From Candidatus Poribacteria bacterium (lineage in GTDB: Bacteria; Poribacteria; WGA-4E; WGA-3G): a stretch of 64,000 bases of DNA. How positions within the stretch are numbered: the stretch's first letter is position 1; every line of letters starts with the position of its first letter. Of the stretch, positions 55,932 to 64,000 are shown in pieces. A program made the position numbers and the translations under genes. The notes under the pieces were generated by a model, which worked only from the letters and a program-made list of their open reading frames with translations, searched no databases and was not told the origin of the DNA. The DNA is taken from positions 1,088,001 through 1,152,000 of the forward strand of contig OZ242029.1 of assembly GCA_965205015.1 (NCBI GenBank). The letters run 5' to 3'.

Positions 55932-56966
55932 TTAAAGATCTGTGTGAAGCCAGCATCGAACAGCATGTCCATCATTTTGCGTTTTTCCATTGATCTCTGC
56001 GAGTTCCGGCATCCGTTCGCATTCCGACATCCGTTCTGAACACCGAGATTGAAACGAGCATCCGTCCGGGAGTGTCAAGGGGTGTGGCACCGTCCCAGGT
56101 ATGGAGGGCAAAGTTTTCTGCGGCGTTTTTCCGAGGACGGGTATGGACTTTAGCAATCCCTGGGTGTACGGGTGTAGCGGATTATAGAAGATGTCATCAA
56201 CGGTGCCTTTTTCGACGACGCGGCCTGCGTACATGACAACGACTTCATCAGCGAGATCGGCAATGACCCCGAGATCATGGGTGATGAGCATAATTGCCAT
56301 CCCCATTTCCGCTTGAAGCTCCTGCATGAGACCCAGCACCTGCGCTTGTATCGTCACATCGAGTGCAGTTGTGGGTTCATCTGCAATGAGGAGTGTCGGT
56401 GAACAACAGAGTGCCATCGCAATCATGACGCGTTGACGCATGCCACCCGAGAGTTGGTGTGGGTATTCATCGACACGTTGTGTAGGGGCGGGTATGCCGA
56501 CGCGGGCGATCATCTCAATTGCGCGCTCGCGGGCGGTCTTCTTATCAACCTGCTCGTGTAAAATGATCGCTTCAGCAATCTGGTTTCCGATCGTATAGAC
56601 CGGATTGAGGGAAGTCATGGGTTCCTGGAAAATAATGGCAATTTCGTTGCCGCGGATTTGGCGCATCAATTCGCTTTTTGGCGACACTTGTGCAATGTCC
56701 AACGGGTCATCTTCACCGTTGCGATAAAATTGGATCTCACCGGCTTCAATACGTCCCGGTGACGGCACGAGTTGAAGCATCGATAGTCCAGTGATGCTTT
56801 TGCCGCAGCCACTTTCGCCGACAACGCCGACGGTCTGACCGCGGCCAATTTTAAAACTGACATCGTTCACGGCATTGACAATGCCATCGTCTGTTGGAAA
56901 AACTGTTTTTAAGCCTGAAATTTCCAGGAGCGGTTTTTCGTGGGATGTATTTTGCGCTGAAGCCAT
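55932..56966 (-). CDS. Peptide ABC transporter ATPase (DppD/OppD-like)
   Basis: GESGCGKS, LSGGMRQR, DEPTTALD. Confidence 0.92.
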   Translation of the reverse strand: MASAQNTSHEKPLLEISGLKTVFPTDDGIVNAVNDVSFKIGRGQTVGVVGESGCGKSITGLSMLQLVPSPGRIEAGEIQFYRNGEDDPLDIAQVSPKSELMRQIRGNEIAIIFQEPMTSLNPVYTIGNQIAEAIILHEQVDKKTARERAIEMIARVGIPAPTQRVDEYPHQLSGGMRQRVMIAMALCCSPTLLIADEPTTALDVTIQAQVLGLMQELQAEMGMAIMLITHDLGVIADLADEVVVMYAGRVVEKGTVDDIFYNPLHPYTQGLLKSIPVLGKTPQKTLPSIPGTVPHPLTLPDGCSFQSRCSERMSECERMPELAEINGKTQNDGHAVRCWLHTDL

Positions 56967-57011
56967 TCTCTTGGGGTACCTTAAACTTAAGCGTATGCCA
57001 AATTTTAGGGG

Positions 57012-57040
57012 ATTATACACAAAAAACGCGTGTGTGTCAA
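57012..57040 (-). promoter_or_regulatory. Perfect-consensus sigma70 promoter for the ABC operon
   Basis: Minus strand TTGACA-17 nt-TATAAT. Confidence 0.8.
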
Positions 57041-57087
57041 TCTTTTTTAATCTTGGCAACGGTAATCAAGGAACGGAAAGAAAAGTG

Positions 57088-57114
57088 CAGGCGCGGTTAC
57101 GAAACCGCGCCTGA
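57088..57114. repeat. REP-like hairpin or possible terminator
   Basis: CAGGCGCGGTT-ACGA-AACCGCGCCTG; a similar hairpin GGCGAGGTT-AGGA-AACCTCGCC occurs near 58748. Confidence 0.55.
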
Positions 57115-57171
57115 ATAAATGGAAGGAGTAAAAATGAAGGCACCCCGAGCAGTACAGGCGTGCTTGTATAT

Positions 57172-57897
57172 CTATAACTCGGTTTTAATGTGATTCCAAA
57201 ACACAGTCAACTTTTCGTTCGCAATATCTCGGGCATAGTTAACGACACTGGCTTCGCCTGTCTGCTCTTCATAACCTATGGTATCGGTGCGCCACATCTT
57301 CGATGAATCCTGCGTCGGACTGAAGAAGTAACTATGTGCATGCTGGACAGCGATTACAGACTGTTGTGGCGTGTCCGGGTTCTCAACTTTCGTCTCAGTG
57401 TCTTTAATCAGTGCCCAGGGAGATGGAGATATCTTGACGTGTTGAAGCCGTGTCCTCTCCATTGCGGTTAAGCCGAATTCCGGCTCCTGTGAATCCGTGA
57501 AGAATGCTAATTTCATGACAAAACCGGAAGCGACGAGAAAGAAAAGTAGGACAATAGCGTTGACTAACCGCGGAGAGAGAGGCAACTTTAATCGGTCCAG
57601 ACACCACGCTAAAGGCGCCGCGAAGAATGCGAATTCCTGTTGTCGATGGCGTTGCCGGATGCTCTGTTGAATACTTCCGACTAATTCCGGCGGCGGAATT
57701 GGTGCTTCCGTATTTTCCAATACACTTGCGGTGTGCCACAACGCTTCATACTCTCTTTGGCATCCTGGACAGGCTCGCAGATGCGCCAAAAGGGTGCGTC
57801 GCGAAATTCCCTCAGAAATTGGTTCTGTCGTTCGTGCATCCCTCTGCACGACGAGGTGTGGCAAATTGTTAAGAGTCTGTTCGCAATTCAAATTCAT
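57172..57897 (-). CDS. Zinc-finger (ZAS) transmembrane anti-sigma factor
   Basis: HLRACPGC (HxxxCxxC), single TM, coupled to the sigma gene. Confidence 0.8.
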   Translation of the reverse strand: MNLNCEQTLNNLPHLVVQRDARTTEPISEGISRRTLLAHLRACPGCQREYEALWHTASVLENTEAPIPPPELVGSIQQSIRQRHRQQEFAFFAAPLAWCLDRLKLPLSPRLVNAIVLLFFLVASGFVMKLAFFTDSQEPEFGLTAMERTRLQHVKISPSPWALIKDTETKVENPDTPQQSVIAVQHAHSYFFSPTQDSSKMWRTDTIGYEEQTGEASVVNYARDIANEKLTVFWNHIKTEL

Positions 57898-58469
57898 CAA
57901 GACCCTCCTTCCAAGAGATAATATTTGCTCAACTTCCGCTTGAGATTTTTCAGTGCCTGATTCAACCGTGAAGCCACAGTACCTTCCGAACACTTCAATA
58001 TCTCAGCGATCTCCCGGTATTTGAGGTGCTGCATATAGTAGAGTATGACGACCTCGCGCTGTTTCTGCGGTAACCGACTAATGGCACCCTGAACCATTTC
58101 GTTCCGCTCTATATTGACCACCGCCCGTTCGGGTGAGTCGGTTTCAGAAACCGCGCCCTCTATTTCCGTTTCTCTGGTGTAAGCGGTAAGTTTGCGTTCA
58201 TGCGATTGCGATTTACGGATATACTGCTGGCACGTATTGATGCCGATACTATAGAGCCAGGTCCCGAACTGCGACTGAAATCGAAACGCCTTAATTGACT
58301 TGTATGCCTCTAAAAACGTTTCCTGTGTCGCGTCAGCAGCATCTTCGGGATTGCCCAGCATTCGGTAGGCAAGCCCATAAATCTTTGAATGATGCCGATT
58401 GACGAGCTCGTTGAACGCCTCGGCATCGCCCTCCACTGTTTGGTGCACATACACATCATCAGGAATCAT
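57897..58469 (-). CDS. ECF sigma-70 factor
   Basis: DAADATQETFL, FGTWLYSI, LPQKQREV, YREIAEIL...GTVASRL. Confidence 0.92.
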   Translation of the reverse strand: MIPDDVYVHQTVEGDAEAFNELVNRHHSKIYGLAYRMLGNPEDAADATQETFLEAYKSIKAFRFQSQFGTWLYSIGINTCQQYIRKSQSHERKLTAYTRETEIEGAVSETDSPERAVVNIERNEMVQGAISRLPQKQREVVILYYMQHLKYREIAEILKCSEGTVASRLNQALKNLKRKLSKYYLLEGGS

Positions 58470-58819
58470 ACTTTTAATTTTTCCTTGCGGTTCGATGAGG
58501 GTGGATTTCACACTTGACGTTCCTTGACGTAGAACCAGCCCTCCATTACATTACGGGCTTACGCGCTCGTAACTAAGAATACAAATTTCTAATTTACCTT
58601 GCGGTTCGTCAAAAAGTGGCAAGTGCGCCCATAAATTGGGGTGTTATTTCTTTTGTTGCATCGGACCCAATTTTTCTTCATTTTTTCTTTTTAAGAGCAA
58701 AAAAAGAGAACTCATGTCCCGCTATAGTAATTTGGACACCCCAAAGCGGCGAGGTTAGGAAACCTCGCCAGCGGCAGTAGGGATGGTTTTCGTGTAGAAT
58801 TCACTATACGTCCGAAACG

Positions 58820-59386
58820 TTATACGGATTCGCACGCCTCACAGACCAAGGCGAAACGTTTAGTGCCGTTTGCCTCAAATTCGGTCTCGTAATCATAACT
58901 GACCGGCACGTTTGACTCACCACACCAATCACAGCGTCCAGAAAAGGTGTGTGCATTCTGTCCCAAAAGCACTTCCTTCTGCTCCTCAACCTTGCGGGTA
59001 GCAGCAATGAGGTCAAGCGCATTTTGGCGGAGCTTCGGATCGGTTTCCTCTTTAGCGATCCTTTCAAGGAGCGGTTGGAGTCTCGGATCGTTCGGATTTC
59101 CGCCGTCCTCAAGCGTATGCCACGCGGCTTTGCGGACGCGCAAATCGGGATCGACCAAGCCTTTGTAGAGTGCTACCCACACTTTGTCGATACTTTTCCG
59201 AACGTGACACGGACAGAGATTGTCCATCGCCTCAACGCGATCGTCCGCGTTCGCAGAATACGCGAGGGAGAGGTAGTATTCGACCTCATTACCGCGCAAC
59301 CGATCCTCACGCCGGCGATGTGCTTTCTTCTGATACTTGTTCATGCCTCGCATTTTTCTTGCCTTCGGAATTCCATGTTTTGGCAT
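58820..59386 (-). CDS. HEAT-repeat protein with CPCH motif and C-terminal Zn ribbon
   Basis: LCPCHV, DPDLRVRKAAWHTL, CDWC...CEAC. Confidence 0.7.
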   Translation of the reverse strand: MPKHGIPKARKMRGMNKYQKKAHRRREDRLRGNEVEYYLSLAYSANADDRVEAMDNLCPCHVRKSIDKVWVALYKGLVDPDLRVRKAAWHTLEDGGNPNDPRLQPLLERIAKEETDPKLRQNALDLIAATRKVEEQKEVLLGQNAHTFSGRCDWCGESNVPVSYDYETEFEANGTKRFALVCEACESV

Positions 59387-59502
59387 CTGTTTCCTCCGAT
59401 TTTTAAAATTAGCGGATTTCGTCCTTCTCTTCCGGGACTATTTTTTTAGTTTTTCAACCATGGCGAAACGCCTCAAGAAACGGAAAAATCCACGATGTGA
59501 GT

Positions 59503-60810
59503 CTACCACTTTGTCGATTGTACAAGTGCTTCGACTTCATCAATTTCTTTCGGGACACCGTCCGTTAGCACTTCACAACCGTCCTCAGTAATGAGGATAT
59601 CGTCCTCTATGCGGACCCCGATGCCGAGATACGCCGGGGGGACCTCCTTTGTATCGTCAGCGACGTAGAGTCCGGGTTCAATTGTCATCACCATTCCGGG
59701 TTGGAAGGTTTTGAAATCACCGTTGGGGTCGTGGACGCAATTGACATCGTGAACATCTAAACCGAGCATGTGTCCGATCCGGTACATGTAAAACTGCCGA
59801 TACGCTTCCTTCTTTATCAATTTCTTTGCTTTTCCGGTGAGGAGACCGAGGCTGAGCATCCCCTCCGTCAACAACTCAATCGACTTTTGGTGCGGTGCGT
59901 CGATGGAAACCCCAGGACGGATCGAATCAATAATGGCAGTGTGTGCGTCAAGAACAATCTGATAAATCTCTCGCTGCGCTTCAGTGAAAGTGCCGTTCGC
60001 CGGGAAGGTACGCGTCACATCACCGGAGTAGCGACCGTATTCTGCACCTGCGTCAATGAGTACGAGGGTTTCGTCTTCAATCCGGCAGTCATTCGTTGTG
60101 TAGTGGAGCGTCGTCGCGTTTCCACCACTCGCAACGATAGTGGGAAAGGCGATGCCGTTTGCCCCGTTCATACGGAACGTGGATTCAACGAGTGCCTCCA
60201 GTTCGTATTCATACAACCCCGGACGGACCGCTTTCATCGCGGCGACGTGACCGGCTACGGTAATCTCCGTCGCCAATCGGGTGCGCTGCAGTTCAGTCTC
60301 ATTCTTGATTAACCGCAGTTCGCTGAGAATCGGACTCGGATCGACAAGCGTATCGAACCCCTTGCCAGATCGGATTCTTGACCTGACAGATTGCGTAAAA
60401 CGCGCGAGGATTTCGGAGTCAACCTCCGCATTGGAGCCGAGGGTATAGTAAAGCCGTTCGGCATCCTGTAGGTATTTCCCGATTTTCTCACTGAATTTTT
60501 CTATCGGATAGGCTTTATCTGCCCCGTAGCGTTTACGAGCATCCTTAACGCCAACGCGTTTACCGTTCCAGATTTCCGCCTGCTTATCTTTCGGACGAAC
60601 GAACAAAATATACTGATGTTTTGGATGATCGGGCGCGATGACACAGATTGACTCTGGTTCTTCAAACCCCGTAAGGTAAAAAAAATTCGGATCCGGACGA
60701 TAATTATATTCGGTGTCGTGATTCCAGATGGCGGGGGGTGTACTGGCGAAGATAGCGACCCCGCCACGTCCCATTTTTTCAATAAAAGCCTCGCGATTCT
60801 GTTTATACAA
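59503..60810 (-). CDS. pepP: Xaa-Pro aminopeptidase
   Basis: FFYLTGFEEP, LIDAG...DVTRTFP, GHMLGLDVHD, TIEPGLY, GVRIEDD. Confidence 0.92.
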   Translation of the reverse strand: MYKQNREAFIEKMGRGGVAIFASTPPAIWNHDTEYNYRPDPNFFYLTGFEEPESICVIAPDHPKHQYILFVRPKDKQAEIWNGKRVGVKDARKRYGADKAYPIEKFSEKIGKYLQDAERLYYTLGSNAEVDSEILARFTQSVRSRIRSGKGFDTLVDPSPILSELRLIKNETELQRTRLATEITVAGHVAAMKAVRPGLYEYELEALVESTFRMNGANGIAFPTIVASGGNATTLHYTTNDCRIEDETLVLIDAGAEYGRYSGDVTRTFPANGTFTEAQREIYQIVLDAHTAIIDSIRPGVSIDAPHQKSIELLTEGMLSLGLLTGKAKKLIKKEAYRQFYMYRIGHMLGLDVHDVNCVHDPNGDFKTFQPGMVMTIEPGLYVADDTKEVPPAYLGIGVRIEDDILITEDGCEVLTDGVPKEIDEVEALVQSTKW

Positions 60811-60973
60811 GCCGTTCCCTCCTCATAAAGCGATGGATCCACGCAAGAAAAATGAAAACGAAAACCAAGCCCGTAAGCGAAGCGGGGGGGTTTTGTAGGG
60901 TGTTTCTTCAACGCTTGAGAATGATATGTCAGCGTCCTAACCCACGTCGTTTACCCGCAAGGTAAAATAAAAA

Positions 60974-61960
60974 TTAGAGATATTCGATCGGTGTGCCGAT
61001 TTTGCCGATGATACCACCGCTGGCGACCATCGGATAGATGGGCTTTGCCCAGAAAACACCATCGACTGGCGCACGGATAGACTCCCGCACGTTGCCAAAT
61101 ACATCGCAGATGTCTGCTATAGGTTGATACATCGCAAGTTGTTCATATAATTCCGCTTTGTAATAGACAAATCCGCCTTCATTGCTGAGGACCGGTACAA
61201 ACCGCTTAACAACGATCTGGCGATCAGGAATCTGTGGGGTTCCGGCAATGAATTTATAATATTGTAGTACATTGCGCACGCCGCGTACCCCTTTTTCGAT
61301 GCTCACTGCATCCCATCCATGGGTGCCTCCTAATTCGGGATCAATCGTTGGAATACCGACCTCTGGTGCCGCTTGTGCGAGTTGGCCCTCCGGTCCCTTC
61401 TGATTGAGAATATGTCCTATGCCGAAAACGCGTGCGAGTTCAAGGCAGGCATCGTGAAGCGCGTGTTTCTCGTCAACGCGCACGCGGACCTCATCGATCA
61501 TTGGGTGCACCCCACCTTGGTGTAGATCGAGGCAGTAATCGGCTTGTTGGATGGCGCGGCGAAAGAGATGATAGGCTATCCGTTCGCTCGACGTTCCATC
61601 GCGCCTCCCCGGAAAACAGCGATTCATTTTGCGGTTGTCTACAGGGTTCAGTGCCTGTTTCGTGTGAAAGGCGTGGAAGTTGACGAGCGGCACAGCGATA
61701 ATTTTTCCATACAACTGCTCCGGTGTGATTGTACAGAGCAGTTTGTGAATAACGGCGATTCCGTTGAGTTCATCTCCGTCACTAATCGCTTGGATGTAGA
61801 GCGTTTTGCCGGGGTACCTCCCGTTGATGAGCACAACAGGCAGCCGGACAGACGTTCCATCGGGCATACTGCCGACCTTGATATGTCCTTCCATTCGGGT
61901 TCCGGGTTCGGCGACTAATTGCCCAACTACCAGTTGGCTATGGCGAATTTTATTCCTCAT
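60974..61960 (-). CDS. Succinylglutamate desuccinylase/aspartoacylase (M14) family
   Basis: DGDELNG, MNRCFPG, CLDLHQG; C-terminal barrel-like segment. Confidence 0.85.
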   Translation of the reverse strand: MRNKIRHSQLVVGQLVAEPGTRMEGHIKVGSMPDGTSVRLPVVLINGRYPGKTLYIQAISDGDELNGIAVIHKLLCTITPEQLYGKIIAVPLVNFHAFHTKQALNPVDNRKMNRCFPGRRDGTSSERIAYHLFRRAIQQADYCLDLHQGGVHPMIDEVRVRVDEKHALHDACLELARVFGIGHILNQKGPEGQLAQAAPEVGIPTIDPELGGTHGWDAVSIEKGVRGVRNVLQYYKFIAGTPQIPDRQIVVKRFVPVLSNEGGFVYYKAELYEQLAMYQPIADICDVFGNVRESIRAPVDGVFWAKPIYPMVASGGIIGKIGTPIEYL

Positions 61961-61967
61961 AACGATT

Positions 61968-61996
61968 ATTTTAACAGAATCCGCGAAATAAGTCAA
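61968..61996 (-). promoter_or_regulatory. Sigma70-type promoter, probably giving a leaderless mRNA
   Basis: TTGACT-17 nt-TAAAAT, 7 nt before the ATG at 61960. Confidence 0.6.
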
Positions 61997-62099
61997 ATCG
62001 GCGTCAGCCATCAGCAATCGACTGTCAGCAGTCAGTAAGCGTCGGGATTCGGATTATCGCTTGATTTCAAGGGGATTCTCTGGTAAACTTATATGCATC

Positions 62100-62816
62100 A
62101 TGAACACAGAAAACCAGAAAAAAATTGCCGCAGAAAAAGCGACAGAGCGCGTCCGGTCGGGTATGGTCGTCGGATTGGGGACAGGTTCTACAGTTTACTA
62201 TGCACTCTTGAAACTGGGTGCCATGGTGCGGGAAGGACTTGATATCGTTGGCATTCCCACCTCCGCTGGCACTGAAAAAATTGCGACGGCACAACAGATA
62301 CCGCTCGCGACGCTCGCTTCACATCCTATCATCGACCTAACGATTGACGGTGCTGACGAAGTTGACGCACATCTCAATCTGATTAAAGGTGGCGGCGCGG
62401 CACTCGTCAGAGAAAAAATCATCGCCAATGCCTCCAAAAAGATATTGATTGTCGTCGATGAAAGCAAGGTATCACGCGTTCTTGGCACGACCTTTCCGCT
62501 CCCTGTGGAAATTGTGCAGTTCGGGTGGGAGGCGACACAAACCGCAGTCAATCGGATTTGTGGAAAATCAACGTTACGCCTTACACCGGAGTCCCCACCC
62601 ATTACTGGGAAGGGGAAACAGGACGGTAACCAACACCCACTTATTACTGACAACGGTAACTATATCCTCGATTGCCACTTTGATGGGATTCCGGTACCTG
62701 AAGAGGCTGAACTACAACTGAACAATATCCCCGGCGTCGTGGAGAACGGGATTTTTGTCAATCGCGCCGACAAAATCATCATCGGCACGCCTTCCGGTAT
62801 CCGGTACATGGGGTGA
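62100..62816 (+). CDS. rpiA: Ribose-5-phosphate isomerase A
   Basis: GLGTGST, DGADEVD, LIKGGGAALVREK, TDNGNYILD, PGVVENG. Confidence 0.95.
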   Translation: MNTENQKKIAAEKATERVRSGMVVGLGTGSTVYYALLKLGAMVREGLDIVGIPTSAGTEKIATAQQIPLATLASHPIIDLTIDGADEVDAHLNLIKGGGAALVREKIIANASKKILIVVDESKVSRVLGTTFPLPVEIVQFGWEATQTAVNRICGKSTLRLTPESPPITGKGKQDGNQHPLITDNGNYILDCHFDGIPVPEEAELQLNNIPGVVENGIFVNRADKIIIGTPSGIRYMG

Positions 62817-62821
62817 CATCT

Positions 62822-63688
62822 ATGGGAAAATACCTGTTTCTATTTTTTTTGCTCGTTTTTGCATCTCCACCGGCATCAGGCTCTGCTAAAGGTCAAATAT
62901 TTACAGGAAGTGGATTGGCGAATATTCCAACCGGTGCTGTGCTGGAACACGGCGTATTCACGATAGGGACGTATGTTGCTGCCCGAATGGATGAGACCCC
63001 CGTCTCGTCTGATGTCGTTGTCGGTCATCTCACGGCTACCAGCTGTTTCTACCTGAACTTCGGATTATTCGATAGGGTTGAAGTCGGGTTCGGGCACATG
63101 TGGGACGAGTATGGATGGGACGAGTCTGGGCGTAAACTTTCCACTGAGCAGGCTGCGAGTGTGAAGGTGCAACTTTTAAAAGAGCAAGAAGTCGGGGCAG
63201 TGCCAAGTCTTGCAATTGGTATAGAATATCTCGGTGATGGGATTGTCATCACCGACGCGGTCGGCAGCGAGAGTCCGTCACCGTTTTTGGCAGTTAGTAA
63301 AACGTTCAATCTGCCGCGGATCCACCAATTCTCCGGTCATATCGGTGTTGGTGCACAACGGTTTGGGTTTGAAGAACGCCCATTCGGTTTCTTCGTTGGT
63401 TTGAGCAAGGAATTCCAACCCGCTTTTGCACGAGGCGACATCACGATGAGTTTGGAATTTGATGGTGCCGATGTGAACACCGGCATGCGATATACCACTT
63501 CAAGCGGACTGCAGATTGCCCTGGGGGCTGAGACGCTAAACAATCCCGACAAACTACGGTATCTTGCTGCAGTCTCGTGGACGAATGCACCACTGATGGA
63601 ACAGATTGATGAAACGAGACGGTTGATTAAACAAGCGACAAAACTCGCTATTGAAGCGAAGCGCGCCGTTTCAGGGGGTTCCAAATAG
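62822..63688 (+). CDS. Exported beta-barrel protein (YjbH-like)
   Basis: Signal peptide; GSGLANIPTG, NFGLFDRVEVG, KVQLLKE...PSLAIG. Confidence 0.6.
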   Translation: MGKYLFLFFLLVFASPPASGSAKGQIFTGSGLANIPTGAVLEHGVFTIGTYVAARMDETPVSSDVVVGHLTATSCFYLNFGLFDRVEVGFGHMWDEYGWDESGRKLSTEQAASVKVQLLKEQEVGAVPSLAIGIEYLGDGIVITDAVGSESPSPFLAVSKTFNLPRIHQFSGHIGVGAQRFGFEERPFGFFVGLSKEFQPAFARGDITMSLEFDGADVNTGMRYTTSSGLQIALGAETLNNPDKLRYLAAVSWTNAPLMEQIDETRRLIKQATKLAIEAKRAVSGGSK

Positions 63689-63716
63689 CAAACAGCACCA
63701 AAAAAGATAACAAAAT

Positions 63717-64000
63717 TTATTGGGAAGTCTTCGTCTCAATAGATTCCATCACCCTTTGGAGTGAGGTCAGTAGTTCCGATAAGAAATCCTGGGGGGGTAC
63801 GAGTATAATTTCGATTCTTCGATTCTTGGCTTTCGCTTCGGGTGTGTCGGCAGTATCTATCGGCTGATAGAAAGCGTATCCCGTCGCCGCCAAGCGTTGG
63901 GCATCGACTTTCGCATGCACCTGTAAGTACTTCACGGCGGCGATTGCCCGCTCGGTTGAGAGGTTCCAGTTGCGGAGTTCGGAACCACCGATGGGTGTAT
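63717..64000 (-). CDS. OmpA/MotB-family protein (5' end outside the window)
   Basis: NWNLSTERA, RLAATGY, KNRRIEI. Confidence 0.8.
   Translation of the reverse strand, partial: TPIGGSELRNWNLSTERAIAAVKYLQVHAKVDAQRLAATGYAFYQPIDTADTPEAKAKNRRIEIILVPPQDFLSELLTSLQRVMESIETKTSQ

Noticed and set aside
58714-58740. Third IS3-like end (TAATTTGGACAC)
   Set aside because: Only a 12-nt match to the right end at 14227-14252, with no partner end or transposase remnant.
28603-63684. Numerous short antisense or overlapping ORFs in the six-frame track
   Set aside because: They are shadows of well-supported genes on the other strand or frame and have no motifs.
63717-64000. Second ZorB
   Set aside because: The motifs (NWNLSTERA, GYAFYQP, NRRIEI) are generic MotB/OmpA, the gene is partial, and no ZorA is visible.

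Overview
Bacterial genomic window, probably Candidatus Poribacteria or a relative. This is inferred from protein signatures: a FlgD-Ig C-terminal tail with YPNPFNPETWIPY, a LamG remnant ending GKLATTWGELK, and tandem PhyH dioxygenases. There are two zones. (1) About 1-28 kb is an accessory, defence-like island with almost all genes on the + strand. It holds a ZorA/ZorB (Zorya-like) pair preceded by two atypical envelope genes, a secreted trypsin-like protease, an HhH protein, a frameshifted IS982, and a UvrD(no 2B)-RuvC-TPR fusion. It also holds an ORF-less group II intron nested between IS3-type ends, AlkB, a membrane-anchored coiled-coil methyltransferase-like protein, a SNF2 helicase, two tandem sacsin-type GHKL ATPases with His-less HNH-like Zn domains (one ending in an Hfq/Sm-like domain), and IS3/MITE debris. 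(2) About 28-64 kb is core metabolism: cysK-cysH-sulfur carrier-JAMM protease, oxidoreductases, a PhyH pair, radical SAM, a RAYT with REP arrays, rsmI, a peptide ABC operon with an embedded MNT-HEPN fusion, ECF sigma/anti-sigma, pepP and rpiA. This zone carries a dispersed ~90-130 bp repeat whose end supplies either the ribosome-binding site or the stop codon of neighbouring genes, and one copy lies in frame inside a CDS. All calls come from reading motifs by eye; no searches were run.
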